Shown: positions 1 through 10,739, numbered from the stretch's first letter. The stretch is 64,000 nucleotides of DNA from Candidatus Poribacteria bacterium (GCA_964291315.2 OZ219751.1:32001-96000); one strand, 5' to 3'. The notes: generated by a model from the letters alone, not told the origin. Made by a program: numbers and translations.

Positions 1-524
1 AAAAAGGCGACATCCAATGGACGGTCGCGCCGCTTCAAAGGCAAGAACCAAAAGTGATGAAACACAGAGCTGCACCTAGCAGTCACGCCAGTATCCCGAT
101 AGAATTTTTTGACTTTGACTTCCCTTCCGAAAACGGGTTGACCGTCAGAGGGAAGCTCAAAACGGGCGAAACGGTGGATATTCCGGCAGTTGCTCTGGTC
201 AACAAAGGGCTCGTCACCACAGAACATAAAAATGAGCACGGGGGCGTTTTGATTGTTTTTAATGAGGACCAACTCCCTGCAGCCTCCTACTATATTCCTA
301 CCATCGGTTGGAATAGCCTTGCAATCCGTCTTTACTTTCGCGGTCAACTTTCCGACATCTTTGTCCCGATCTACCCCGCTGTCCGGGATGCAACCGCTGA
401 TGTTAAAATCTGGGAGATACACTATCCCGCCGACATCCAAACCGATCCGAAATACCTCAGAACGGGCATCCCCGAAATAGACGAAACGTTACCGGGGCAC
501 TTAACAGGCTTGCAAAGACGATAA
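1..524 (+). CDS. Hypothetical protein, 5'-truncated by the window edge
   Basis: Frame is open from position 3 (KGDIQWTVAPLQRQEPKVMK...) to TAA at 522-524; protein-like composition, no recognisable motif. Confidence 0.6.
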   Translation, partial: KGDIQWTVAPLQRQEPKVMKHRAAPSSHASIPIEFFDFDFPSENGLTVRGKLKTGETVDIPAVALVNKGLVTTEHKNEHGGVLIVFNEDQLPAASYYIPTIGWNSLAIRLYFRGQLSDIFVPIYPAVRDATADVKIWEIHYPADIQTDPKYLRTGIPEIDETLPGHLTGLQRR

Positions 525-550
525 AAAAATATCTATTTTGTGGTAAGCTA

Positions 551-590
551 TGCAATCTGTAGATTGCAACCTCGCCGCAAAACTTGCGGC
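551..590. repeat. Two adjacent palindromes (REP-like hairpins)
   Basis: TGCAATCT-GT-AGATTGCA at 551-568 and GCCGCAA-AAC-TTGCGGC at 574-590, just downstream of the first CDS stop. Confidence 0.5.
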
Positions 591-821
591 CGACAGGACC
601 GAGCGGACACGGAACGCACACGCGTCACGGGATACCTCAACGAGGCCGGCACCGACGAACTGGTGGAATTCCATCCGGAACGAGCCCTCCTCGTCTCAGA
701 AAATCACTTCAGGGTTCACCCCAGAATATGGACTGTATAATGAGATCTATTCTATCAGAAATCGACATACATGTAAGGGACGCTTCGACAATTGAATGGC
801 TCTGGTTTTCTCGTATTTTGC

Positions 822-850
822 TTGACATAAAAGCAGATAAGCGGTAAATT
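822..850 (+). promoter_or_regulatory. sigma70-type promoter upstream of ackA
   Basis: TTGACA-17 nt-TAAATT. Confidence 0.55.
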
Positions 851-925
851 GAACATGAAAATTTTTTGTTAATAGGGGTTTGCGACTTGAGAAAGCTCCA
901 ATTTTCATCGGGGAATAGTAATTAA

Positions 926-2119
926 ATGTATATACTTTGTGTGAATGTGGGAAGCACCTCGTTCAAATACCAAATTATTGACATAGAGACGACAAGTTGT
1001 CTTGTCAAGGGAGGTGTGGAGCGCATTGGCAATTCTGCATCGGCCTTTAGACATGCGGTGCCGGGTAAACCGGCTGTTGAAGGCGAAATAGATGCCCCGA
1101 CGCATGCTGCTGCGATTGCCCATGCCGTTTGTCTAATCACTGATCCGGAGGTTGGTTGCCTTGCTAGTCTGGAGCAACTTGACGGTGTTGGGTTCAAGAC
1201 GATCTTGGCGAAGGGTTACTGGCGTTCGGCGAGGATTACCGAAGATGTAATATCGGCTCTTGAGGCGTCGATTCCACTTGCTCCGGTGCACAATCCTGCG
1301 TATATTGCGGCTATCCGTGCTTTTCAGGCGTTGCTGCCGACAATGCCGCTTGTTGCTGTTTTTGAGACGTGGTTTCATCAGAGCATTCCGGATTACGCTG
1401 CGGAGTTCGGGGTGCCACGTTTTTGGGTTGAACTGCATGAGATTCGCCGGTATGGGTATCACGGTGCCTCACATCGGTATATCTCGGAACGTGTGCCACA
1501 GCTTCTGGGGTGCGAATCAGGAGAGGGGCTTCGTATTATCTCCTGTCACCTTGGGGGTAGTTCGTCTCTTTGTGCGATCAAAGATGGGAAATCTATTGAT
1601 ACGTCGATGGGAACCTCGACGCAGTATGGAATGATTCAATCCACTCGGTGTGGAGAACTCGATGCCTTTGCCGTGTTGTATCTGATGGACAAAGAAGGGT
1701 TTTCTACAGATGACATTCGCAGGCAGTTGGTTGAAGATTCCGGAGTGAAGGGCATTTCGGGAACCAGTGGTGATATGCGGGATGTGGAAGCATCGATAGA
1801 AGCAGGTGACGACAAGGCGCGCCTCGCTTTGGATACCTACGTTTATGGCGTAAAAAAGTATATCGGTTCGTATATTGCTGCACTTGGCGGTGTGGATGTC
1901 ATCGCTTTTGCGGGTGGTATCGGGGAGAAGAGTGCGGCAACGCGTGCTAAAGTTTGTGAGGGGTTAGAGTGGTGCGGGATTTATTTAGATGCGGTGAAAA
2001 ATGAGCAACTCACTGCGGAGGCGGATATCTCCGCTGCCGGCAGTCGCACCAAGATCCTGATTGTTTCTACGAACGAAGAACTCATTGTGTCGCGTGAAAC
2101 TGCGCGTGTATTGAGTTAG
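926..2119 (+). CDS. ackA: Acetate/propionate kinase
   Basis: NVGSTSFKY, APVHNP, RRYGYHGASH, CHLGGSSS, TRCG, FAGGIGE and TNEEL motifs of the acetokinase family. Confidence 0.9.
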   Translation: MYILCVNVGSTSFKYQIIDIETTSCLVKGGVERIGNSASAFRHAVPGKPAVEGEIDAPTHAAAIAHAVCLITDPEVGCLASLEQLDGVGFKTILAKGYWRSARITEDVISALEASIPLAPVHNPAYIAAIRAFQALLPTMPLVAVFETWFHQSIPDYAAEFGVPRFWVELHEIRRYGYHGASHRYISERVPQLLGCESGEGLRIISCHLGGSSSLCAIKDGKSIDTSMGTSTQYGMIQSTRCGELDAFAVLYLMDKEGFSTDDIRRQLVEDSGVKGISGTSGDMRDVEASIEAGDDKARLALDTYVYGVKKYIGSYIAALGGVDVIAFAGGIGEKSAATRAKVCEGLEWCGIYLDAVKNEQLTAEADISAAGSRTKILIVSTNEELIVSRETARVLS

Positions 2120-2200
2120 TGGATTGAAATAGGGTTTGGATTTAAATAAAAATGAGCTTACAGAGTAAGCGATTATTAGAGAAGGAGAATCGAAATTAGG

Positions 2201-3289
2201 ATGCGACACGTTACACTCTATCGTGAGCCGGGGCGTTATGCTGGTTGGCCGGCGAATTACGGTATTTGGTCGTGGGATGATGAGATCGTGGTTGGTTTCA
2301 CTGTTGGGTATCACAAATCAGATGGTGGTTTTCATCGCCGGGATCGGGATAAACCGTTTGTTGGGATGCAGGCTCGTAGTTTAGATGGCGGTGAGACGTG
2401 GAGCGTTTCGGAGACACCGTGTCGTCTACCTGCTAGGGGTACACTTTCTGCAGATGAGCATGTGGAAGAACAGCATAGACTGAGATCAGAGGTTTCGTTT
2501 GTTGCGCGGCGACGTGCCTGCTTTACACATCCTGATTTTGCGATGATGTGCAGCAGATCAGGGCTGAGAGACGGAGCATACTCCTGGTTTTATACCTCTG
2601 TAGACCGATGCAAGAGTTGGGATGGTCCCTATAGACTCCCGATGTTTGGCTATACCGGTATTGCTGCTAGGACAGATTACCTGATTTCAAGTGCGGACGA
2701 ATGCCTTTTATTTCTCACTGCCTCGAAATCAGATGGTGAAGAGGGCTTGATATTTTGCGCTAAGACGAGCGATGGTGGCGAGTCCTTTTCGTTATTGTCT
2801 CAGATTGGACCGGAGCCTGATGGGTTCGCGATTATGCCTGCAAGTGTTAGACTATCTGATTCAAAGATTCTTGTGGCGGTTCGTTGTCGCGGTGCCGGTG
2901 ATTCTATTCGTTCGGGTTGGCAGGAGCGTAGGAATTGGATTGATCTCTACGCCTCGGAAGATAATGGGCGGAGCTGGCGGTATATGAATCGTCCTGTAGA
3001 GAATACAGGGCGTGGTGGGAATCCTCCAACGCTGACCTGTCTTCACGACGGCAGGTTGTGTCTGATCTATGGTTATCGGGATGCGCCGTATCGGATTTGT
3101 GCTAAGTTGAGTGGTGATGCTGGTGAAACTTGGGGTGAAGAGATCGTTCTCCGCGATAATGGTGGTGATTCTGATGTGGGTTATCCGCGTACGATTCAAC
3201 GTCCTGATGGCGTTGTGGTGACGGTCTACTATTTTGATGAGGAGCCGGATGGTGAGCGATTTATTGAAGCAACACTCTGGAAGCCGTGA
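2201..3289 (+). CDS. BNR/Asp-box sialidase-like glycoside hydrolase
   Basis: Repeated Asp boxes (SLDGGETW, SVDRCKSW, TSDGGESF, SEDNGRSW, SGDAGETW) and a C-terminal GYP motif. Confidence 0.8.
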   Translation: MRHVTLYREPGRYAGWPANYGIWSWDDEIVVGFTVGYHKSDGGFHRRDRDKPFVGMQARSLDGGETWSVSETPCRLPARGTLSADEHVEEQHRLRSEVSFVARRRACFTHPDFAMMCSRSGLRDGAYSWFYTSVDRCKSWDGPYRLPMFGYTGIAARTDYLISSADECLLFLTASKSDGEEGLIFCAKTSDGGESFSLLSQIGPEPDGFAIMPASVRLSDSKILVAVRCRGAGDSIRSGWQERRNWIDLYASEDNGRSWRYMNRPVENTGRGGNPPTLTCLHDGRLCLIYGYRDAPYRICAKLSGDAGETWGEEIVLRDNGGDSDVGYPRTIQRPDGVVVTVYYFDEEPDGERFIEATLWKP

Positions 3290-3437
3290 TTATTTTTCTC
3301 CTGCCCCGACGTTAAAACAGATGAGGTCCCCTTTGCCGCGGAGGTAAAGGTGCTTATCTGCAAGCACAAGTGCTGCACAAAAGGGCAACATCACGGACCG
3401 TTGTTGTACCCGTACATGTTCTCATAGTCCGAAGGAT

Positions 3438-4139
3438 TTACCTTGGATGCCTATAGCCTTGTTCAACGAGTAATTGTAAGAAGAGTTTCCACCCTTGTTC
3501 AGCGAGTTCCGGATTTTCCATGACCCGGTCTTGAATTTCAGGCGGAGACATACGTATCATCTGTTTTTTTGTTTCTGTCAAGAACTCACGTTGTTCTTCA
3601 GGCGAAAGCGTGTTTAAGTGTTCCAGAATCGGGGGGATAGCCGCTGCGATTGCAGCTTTTGCCTCTGCTTGTATCTCGACGCTTTCTGCTAATGCACGGT
3701 CGATTTCCGCGTTCCACTCCTTCCAGGCCGCCCTATCAGATTCACTTTTTGCTTTTGCGGCATCATGATCAGTGTTTTGAACATCGGCGGAGGGGGTCGG
3801 TAGTTTTTCACGCGCGGTATCGCGTGAGTTCTCCGTGAAATGCGTTTCTATGCCTGTTGGGTCAATGACATCTGTTTGAACGCGCCTCTCTTCACTTTCT
3901 TTTGTGGGCTGTTCGTGCTCGGATGTCTCTTCTACCTCCTGAGAGTGGCGTTTCGGCAAAGTTTTTTCGGGTCGAGTTATCTTATAAATCGTTTCCGTTG
4001 TTTCTGTGTGGATCTTCGGTTCAAAAATCCATTTTGTCCACAAAGTTCCTAATGTGAAAAGCAGAACAACAAAGGATACGGTAATGATGAGGCGCGTTTT
4101 TTTCCGAATTCGTTCGTAATATTCCTCATGGGTTTTCAT
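3438..4139 (-). CDS. Hypothetical protein with N-terminal membrane anchor and helical C-terminus
   Basis: 233-aa ORF with a single TM segment (LIITVSFVVLLFTLGTLW) followed by an E/T-rich linker. Confidence 0.7.
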   Translation of the reverse strand: MKTHEEYYERIRKKTRLIITVSFVVLLFTLGTLWTKWIFEPKIHTETTETIYKITRPEKTLPKRHSQEVEETSEHEQPTKESEERRVQTDVIDPTGIETHFTENSRDTAREKLPTPSADVQNTDHDAAKAKSESDRAAWKEWNAEIDRALAESVEIQAEAKAAIAAAIPPILEHLNTLSPEEQREFLTETKKQMIRMSPPEIQDRVMENPELAEQGWKLFLQLLVEQGYRHPR

Positions 4140-4779
4140 ACCAAATTTTGTATTGAGGTCATTGAGAAAGAACGGTACTGAAGTGATAGCGATAAACGAT
4201 CGCCATCACGGTGGTTGATTTGTGAGTCTAAGAACACCCGCCCGAGTCTGAGTTCTCTTTTAAACAGCGATTCAGAAAAAATGGGGCGCACTATAGGACC
4301 GAAAGGGGCAGCTTTTCATTGCAAGGCAATTCTTTTTTCTCCTGATCGTTTCAGTTATGCGTTTGAGTAAAAAACGTTTCGTTTTTTAAAACACCGCACC
4401 CCTAACCTTGTGCTTTAATATATACCTTTCAGCCCGAAAAGTTTAGCTTTTTTTTTCAGCGGGTCCGAAACAGGTCGAAAAACAGCTTTGCGTTTGATGC
4501 GTCACGGATAGTGCTTTCTAAACAGATGAGGCGCGCCATATCGCCGTGCCGCGCAAAGGTAAACAGTATACCGTATGAGGTTGGGGTTTCCATAACTCGC
4601 TCCGATCTTCTTATACCAGACAGCCTGATAATCTGTCTTTCCCCACAAAACGATAGTAATTTTTTCTTGTGACTAGCCATTTTGTCTCGAACGGAGAAAG
4701 TCGGCCCCGTCAAAATTTTCCGTGTTTCCGCACTGTCAACGGAAGTTTAGTATAAGAAAGACGATAGAGGCAAGCATCC

Positions 4780-5799
4780 TTACCCACCGAACTCCTCGTT
4801 TGCTCGTTTTACAAGTGCGTTCATATAGGCGATTGTATACGCTGTTCCAACGCGATGATCGTTCGCCATTTGTGGGATATGGTCCGGAATCAGCACTCCG
4901 TTAAAGTTAATTTCACGGAGCACTTTTGCGACTTCGTACATATCTTGATAGCCGTTATCGACGAAGGTCTCAACGAAGTGGGGGAGCGGTTGATCTACGT
5001 TGCGGAAATGGACTTTGAAGATTTTGCCTTGTTCTCCGAAGTAGCGGATTGATTCAATGACATTTTTGCCCATGAGCTCACCGCCTTCTAACCAGCAACC
5101 GACACAGAAACATATACCAACATTCGGGCTATCGGCGATTTCGAGTGCGCGCTTATAGCCCTCAAAACTGCTGAATATACATCTCGGAATACCAGCAAGA
5201 TACACTGCAGGTGGGTCGTCAGGATGGATGCCTATCATCACACCGGCATCCTCAGCCACCGGTGCAGCTTGCTGGATGAAGTAAGTATAGTTATCCCAAA
5301 TTTCCTCTTCACTGTATTCACGACCATGTGAGAGCGGCATCGGATACAGCTTGCCTGCCCAATGTCCTTCTTGTGCTGCATCAAGTTTAAATGCCCTTGC
5401 ACTTGCCCCGCCGCGAGTGGTTTCTTGTCCAGTGCTCCAGATACCGTTACCCATGTGGGCATAAGTGGTATATGGGATTCCGGCTCTACCGAGATCCCGG
5501 ATATAGCGCTTGTACTGTTCAATTTTCGCATCCCGGTTTTCCAAGTTAAGCACTATTCCATCTTGATTGTGGACATCGCTGTTGCCGAATCCGTAAATTT
5601 TGAGTCCTGCGTTTTCAAAGATCTCACGGCGACTCATGAAATAGTCGTAGTTTGCATTCTCGCCATTCGTCCAGAGGACAACGTATTCGACATCCATCTG
5701 TTTGGCGAGCTGCAAATCAGATTCACTTGGTTCCGGCGACATTTGCGCAGTGACTTTCATACCGGGTTCAATCTTGCTCAATGGATTCTGAGGTGCCAT
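4780..5799 (-). CDS. uxuA: Mannonate dehydratase (UxuA) family protein
   Basis: HPDDPP, SPNVGICFCVG, HFRNV, ETFVDNG and IPDH motifs. Confidence 0.8.
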   Translation of the reverse strand: MAPQNPLSKIEPGMKVTAQMSPEPSESDLQLAKQMDVEYVVLWTNGENANYDYFMSRREIFENAGLKIYGFGNSDVHNQDGIVLNLENRDAKIEQYKRYIRDLGRAGIPYTTYAHMGNGIWSTGQETTRGGASARAFKLDAAQEGHWAGKLYPMPLSHGREYSEEEIWDNYTYFIQQAAPVAEDAGVMIGIHPDDPPAVYLAGIPRCIFSSFEGYKRALEIADSPNVGICFCVGCWLEGGELMGKNVIESIRYFGEQGKIFKVHFRNVDQPLPHFVETFVDNGYQDMYEVAKVLREINFNGVLIPDHIPQMANDHRVGTAYTIAYMNALVKRANEEFGG

Positions 5800-5821
5800 T
5801 TTATTTTTCCACTTTTGGGTT

Positions 5822-5934
5822 TGTCAGCTATCAGCTATTAGCTATCACCATTTGGCAAATAGAACTAACTATCTTTAAGTCAGCGGCGATTTCTGATTTC
5901 TGATGGCTGATGATTAATAGTCGACTACTAACAG
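5822..5934. repeat. Intergenic element bounded by heptamer repeats
   Basis: GTCAGCT-ATCAGCT-ATTAGCT-ATCA at the left end; inverted decayed copies (CTGATGG-CTGATGA...CTAACAGC) at the right end. Confidence 0.6.
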
Positions 5935-7332
5935 CTATTCTTCATCGCCTGCTTCTGTTTTGAGTCGATAGAGTTCTGCAGTCAATTCAGTAACAATGTC
6001 CGCGTATGCCGGATCGTCGTAGACGTTGCACATTTCGTTTGGGTCCTTCTTTAGATCAAAGAGTTCCCATTCTGGTTCTTTGGGTTCATCAATAGATCCG
6101 GTTGTACCGAGTGCTTCACCGTAGTAGTAAATGAGTTTATAGCGGTGTGTCCGGATCCCATAGTGTGCTGGAACATAATGATGGGACAGATGCATCCAGT
6201 AGCGGTAGTACATTGAGGTCCGCCACTCTTCAGGGGTTTTGCCACTAAAGATAGGACGTAAACTTGTGCCTTGCATATCATCTGGGATCGAGACCCCGGC
6301 ATAGTCAAGCCAGGTTTCCGCGAAGTCTATATTCAATGCCATTGCGTCGCAAGAGCTACCGGATTGAATTTCACGCGGATAGCGGACGAGAAAAGGCATC
6401 CGTAGAGATTCTTCATACATGAATCGCTTGTCGTACCAACCGTGGTCCCCTAAGAAAAACCCTTGGTCGGAGGTGTAAATGACCACAGTATCATCAGCAA
6501 TATCCTCATCGTCTAAATAGTCTAGCATCCGTCCGACATTGTCATCAATCGAGGCAACACACCGGAGATATTCTTTGATATAACGTTGATATTGCCAGTT
6601 CGCCAGCTCCTGTTCCGCTAGCCCCTCAGGCGGCGGGCCAAGTATATCAATCTTGAGATCTCTTTCGTTCATGTGTCCGAAAACACGCATTTGCGCTTCC
6701 TTCGCAGCATTTGAACGGTTCGCGTAATCGTCGAAGAAATTATCCGGTATAGGAACATCTTCGTCCTCGAACATGTGTGCATGTTTCTCGTCTGAATCCC
6801 ACGGTCTGTGAGGTGCTTTGTGATGACACATCAAGAAAAACGGAGTTTCCTTGTCCCGGTTCTGCAGCCATTCCAATGAAAAATCAGTGAGAATGTCGGT
6901 GGTATAGCCTTTGTGAGTTTTCTTGCCATCGGGTTCAAGCATCACTGGATCGTGATAGAGTCCTTGCCCGGGCAGAACGTTCCAATAGTCAAAACCAGTT
7001 GGGTCTGCATTGCCCCCGTGTCCGAGATGCCATTTGCCTATCATTGCTGTCTGGTAGCCACTTGCACGTAGCAACTTCGCAACGTTCGGTTTTCTCCCGT
7101 CAAACGTATCTGACAACGTTTTGACACCGTTGAGGTGACTGTGCTGCCCTGTCAAGATATTCGCACGACTCGGTGTACAGATAGAATTCACACAGAAACA
7201 GTTTTGAAGAATCATACCGCTATCTGCAATACGATCGAGATTCGGTGTTTGGTTAATCCGACTACCGTAGCTGCTGATAGCATGTGAAGCGTGGTCATCG
7301 GACATGATAAATAGGATATTAGGTCTGCTCAA
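5935..7332 (-). CDS. Sulfatase (formylglycine-dependent, Cys-type)
   Basis: RPNILFIMSDDH, CTPSRA (CxPxR), GKWHLG, SDQG and HGWYDKR motifs. Confidence 0.92.
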   Translation of the reverse strand: MSRPNILFIMSDDHASHAISSYGSRINQTPNLDRIADSGMILQNCFCVNSICTPSRANILTGQHSHLNGVKTLSDTFDGRKPNVAKLLRASGYQTAMIGKWHLGHGGNADPTGFDYWNVLPGQGLYHDPVMLEPDGKKTHKGYTTDILTDFSLEWLQNRDKETPFFLMCHHKAPHRPWDSDEKHAHMFEDEDVPIPDNFFDDYANRSNAAKEAQMRVFGHMNERDLKIDILGPPPEGLAEQELANWQYQRYIKEYLRCVASIDDNVGRMLDYLDDEDIADDTVVIYTSDQGFFLGDHGWYDKRFMYEESLRMPFLVRYPREIQSGSSCDAMALNIDFAETWLDYAGVSIPDDMQGTSLRPIFSGKTPEEWRTSMYYRYWMHLSHHYVPAHYGIRTHRYKLIYYYGEALGTTGSIDEPKEPEWELFDLKKDPNEMCNVYDDPAYADIVTELTAELYRLKTEAGDEE

Positions 7333-7414
7333 CTTTTCCCCCTTTAGATTATATGGATTGAAAAAACGCTAATAAGCGAAAGGACTTCTGGATGAACTTG
7401 CGGTAACTACTTCA

Positions 7415-8443
7415 TTATTTCGCCTTTATTTCTTCCCAGGCACGGTTGTAGTGCAGTGTGAACTCTCCAGGGTCTTTCAGCCACTCCAGAGATTCCAGCA
7501 CCTCTTCCGTGGGGTAGATAAATTTATGTTCCCTTAAATGCTCTGGCAGGTATTTTTTCGCCGTGGGTACACATGTCCCATATTTCGTAAAGACCGTAAT
7601 CTTAGCATTGACTTCAGGACGTAACAGGTAATTGATAAACTGTTCGGCGAGTTCCTGATGAGATGTGAACTTCGGGATGCAGACTGCGTCAATAAATTGG
7701 CTTGAGCCTTCTTTCGGGATGACGTATCGTATTGTGGGATGGGTTTCAACTGCCCGAAAAGCGTCCCCACTCCAGCAGTGCGCCATAACGACATCACCCG
7801 CGGTAAGAAGTTCTTCGGCTTCGCTTTTGTATTGTTTTACGAGCGGTTTTTGATCGATGAGTTTCTCTTTCGCAGCTTTGATTTCCTCTGGATCCGTTGT
7901 GTTGAGACTGTATCCGAGCATCTTAAGTGCAGCACCGATCGTCTCACGCTGATCATCTAGCATGCTGAATTGATTCTTATACTGCGCATCCCAAAGCACT
8001 GCCCAGCTGTCAGGAGGTGGTGTAACGACTGAGGAATCGTACGCAATACCCGCGGTGCCGAACGTGTAAGGGATGGCGTATCGGTTTTCGGCATCGAAGT
8101 ATTTTCCAAGGAACAGTGGACTGATGTACTGAAAATTCGGTATGTTTTCACGATTCAATTCTGCTAACAACCCCTGTTTGATTAGAATTGATACCATATA
8201 ATCAGACGGCATGATGATATCGTATCCTGTTGCTCCAGCTAACAACTTCGCGAGGAGGTCCTCGTTGCTAGCATAAGTATCGACGAGAACGGTAACGCCA
8301 TATTCCTTTTCAAATCCTTCACGAAGGTCATCACTGACGTACCCCGCCCAGGTAAAGACGTTTAATTGTTTTTTTTCTGCATTGCTACCATTAATGAAAA
8401 GCGTGAGAAATAGAAATCCTAAGAAGATGTGTTTGTTGCGCAT
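7415..8443 (-). CDS. potD: PotD/PotF-family spermidine/putrescine ABC substrate-binding protein
   Basis: Signal peptide; TWAGY, SNEDL, GYDIIMPSDY, WSGD, YVIPKEG and FINYLL motifs; no permease or ATPase genes adjacent. Confidence 0.85.
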   Translation of the reverse strand: MRNKHIFLGFLFLTLFINGSNAEKKQLNVFTWAGYVSDDLREGFEKEYGVTVLVDTYASNEDLLAKLLAGATGYDIIMPSDYMVSILIKQGLLAELNRENIPNFQYISPLFLGKYFDAENRYAIPYTFGTAGIAYDSSVVTPPPDSWAVLWDAQYKNQFSMLDDQRETIGAALKMLGYSLNTTDPEEIKAAKEKLIDQKPLVKQYKSEAEELLTAGDVVMAHCWSGDAFRAVETHPTIRYVIPKEGSSQFIDAVCIPKFTSHQELAEQFINYLLRPEVNAKITVFTKYGTCVPTAKKYLPEHLREHKFIYPTEEVLESLEWLKDPGEFTLHYNRAWEEIKAK

Positions 8444-8596
8444 ATTCCTTCATTCATCCTAGTTTTATAATTTTGATCACAAGCAATGTGAACTAGGCCA
8501 GTTGCACGTTTACGAAGAGCGAGATCGCTCTATCGAATCGGTGCCTTGGCCTTGACAAGGTCTCTTATCTATGCTACTCTAAATGTTTGAAGACGT

Positions 8597-8962
8597 TTAT
8601 GTATCTGTCTTTTCAGTTGGTCGTCCTTCGGATTTCCAACCGCGGAAACCTCCGGTTAACACTGAAACGTTTTCGTACCCCATGCTTTTTAACGTATGTG
8701 CGGAAAGTGTTGCACGCGTGCCACCGCCGCAATACGTAACAACATGTGTATCCGAATCAGGGGCGATCTCATCGATATCGAGCTCAAGATAGCCGCGTGG
8801 TAGAGAAACAGCTGCCGGTAGATGTTCTTTATCGTAGTCAGGTTCATCACGCACATCTATGAGAATAATGGTTTCTGTGGCCTCCGCGAGTTCGGCAGGG
8901 GCAATGTGTCCAACACTTGCTTTTGCTTCTGCAAGAAGTTCTTTAAGGGTTTTCAATGGCAT
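8597..8962 (-). CDS. Single-domain rhodanese (sulfurtransferase)
   Basis: IDVRD, HLPAA, YCGGGTR active-site loop and GGFRGW. Confidence 0.88.
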   Translation of the reverse strand: MPLKTLKELLAEAKASVGHIAPAELAEATETIILIDVRDEPDYDKEHLPAAVSLPRGYLELDIDEIAPDSDTHVVTYCGGGTRATLSAHTLKSMGYENVSVLTGGFRGWKSEGRPTEKTDT

Positions 8963-9147
8963 AGCTTTCCTCCAGATGGTTTAAAACCTGCTGATCGGAT
9001 TTAAGGGATTTTGGCATAATTATAGGCCAAAACAGATTATTAGAAATATAACATAATGTGATCGGTGTGTCAACGTTTTTTGTTGCATCTCGCGAGTCTG
9101 AGTGCCACAATTAGATGATTGCTTTTATAGGAAAAGGAGGCGAAAAG

Positions 9148-9591
9148 ATGGAATGGATTAAAGAATCTGTTCAATTCGTACTTGAGAAGGATCGGATTGG
9201 TAGTCCTGTGTTCCTACGGTGTGTTTTTCACATCGCCGATCACGGTGAGGATCTGCTGCCGCCACTCGCGGAGGTGTTGGCCCTCGCAAATGCCTGGATA
9301 CCCTCACCGCCTGCCGACATCTATGCCCAACAAGATGAACAGTCAACACAGGTCACAGTTATGGTTCTTTATATAGGGGGACAGATGGCACTGCTAAGTG
9401 TTAATCGGGTTGATGTAGAAACTGCAATTGATATTATGTTGGTTGGAAATAAAGGAGTTATTTACCATGAAACGCCGATGGGTAGACACTACCCGGGCGC
9501 GATTCTGCCAGAATTCGGCGATACCGGTGAACTAATAGAGGTTATCGCCGAATCGCTTGAAAGCGGTCAACCTGTAAGTTTGGAGGAGTAG
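9148..9591 (+). CDS. Hypothetical protein resembling an isolated Gfo/Idh/MocA C-terminal domain
   Basis: AAGGAGG RBS before ATG 9148; 'DRIGSPVF', 'LVGNKGVIY' and 'ESLESGQPVSL' mirror the C-terminal half of Gfo/Idh/MocA proteins; 2 nt upstream of the next gene. Confidence 0.6.
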   Translation: MEWIKESVQFVLEKDRIGSPVFLRCVFHIADHGEDLLPPLAEVLALANAWIPSPPADIYAQQDEQSTQVTVMVLYIGGQMALLSVNRVDVETAIDIMLVGNKGVIYHETPMGRHYPGAILPEFGDTGELIEVIAESLESGQPVSLEE

Positions 9592-9593
9592 AC

Positions 9594-10739
9594 ATGCAAC
9601 AGAACGATAAATATGGTGTTCTTTTGCTCGGTGGACATCGTACACATCAGGAGAATTACGCTTTGAGTTTCGCACAAGATGAGCGTTGTCGATTAGTCGC
9701 CTTTGCGGATGAATTGGACGGACCGTCAGAGCGGATTGCCTTGGGGAAATCCCTTGCAGAGGAGTTAAATCTACCCTTCATTGCCGATCTTGATGAGGCG
9801 TTGGCACGTAAGGATGTGCATATTGTCAGTCTCTGCACGGATGTAGAACGCCGCGGGCGCATCGGGGCAAAATGTGCCGAAGCAGGAAAGCATGTTTATC
9901 TTGACAAACCGATGGCGCTCAATCCGGAAGATGCCAGCAAGATTGTTGCCGCTGTTGAGAAAAACGGAGTGAAATCTCAGATGTTTAGCAATATTTATAG
10001 TACGTGGGCGCGTACGGTTCAGCAAGCGTTAACAAGCAAGCGTATCGGTGAACTTCAGGCAATTCATTGCGATGTTATGTTCTCAAAGGGGCATCCGGGC
10101 ACTGCACCCATTGGAGAAAAGAGAACCCAAAAACCGACGTTAGAGCACTACAGTTTCGTTGAAGCCAAGCCCGAGATGTTTGATGTTGGTATTTATGCGG
10201 TTTCTATGGTAAATTGGTTAACGCAGAAACGAGCGCAGCGTGTCTTTGGTGAAACAGCAAATTATTTTTTTCAGGAACATCGCAATTGCGGACTTGAGGA
10301 CTTCGGTGCTTTAGTCTTGACCTTAGACGGTGGGATCACTGCAACAATTGTGGGCGGACGCTATGGTTGGCAGAGCCACGCGCAAGGCGGCGTTCGGAAG
10401 GTACATCTCGTCGGCACTGAGGGCTCTTTAACGTTTGATGCTTCAGCAAATCGCTTAGAAGTTTTTGCTGCTGAACCAGCGTTTGAACCACCAGAACCAC
10501 ACCCACTCGATCCAATGGGCATGTGGAGTAGCACACAATCTGGAATTGGGATGCGACCTAAACAGCAGTGGATAGATATCAGCAGTGGAGATGATGGACC
10601 GCGAGAATTCGGCGCGTTTGTAGATTGTGTTGAGAAAGATGTAGAAAGCGAGATGAATGCAGAATTTGCGGCGCATTCTGTCGAGATTATCTGCGCTGGT
10701 TATCGTTCTGCTGCGAGTGGTGAGGTCATCACCCTCTAA
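9594..10739 (+). CDS. Gfo/Idh/MocA family oxidoreductase
   Basis: AGKHVYLDKPMA, RIGEL, ED, GTEG and SAASGEV motifs. Confidence 0.9.
   Translation: MQQNDKYGVLLLGGHRTHQENYALSFAQDERCRLVAFADELDGPSERIALGKSLAEELNLPFIADLDEALARKDVHIVSLCTDVERRGRIGAKCAEAGKHVYLDKPMALNPEDASKIVAAVEKNGVKSQMFSNIYSTWARTVQQALTSKRIGELQAIHCDVMFSKGHPGTAPIGEKRTQKPTLEHYSFVEAKPEMFDVGIYAVSMVNWLTQKRAQRVFGETANYFFQEHRNCGLEDFGALVLTLDGGITATIVGGRYGWQSHAQGGVRKVHLVGTEGSLTFDASANRLEVFAAEPAFEPPEPHPLDPMGMWSSTQSGIGMRPKQQWIDISSGDDGPREFGAFVDCVEKDVESEMNAEFAAHSVEIICAGYRSAASGEVITL

Noticed and set aside
540-847. Short overlapping ORFs between the first CDS and ackA
   Set aside because: No RBS or motifs; they overlap palindromes and the ackA promoter
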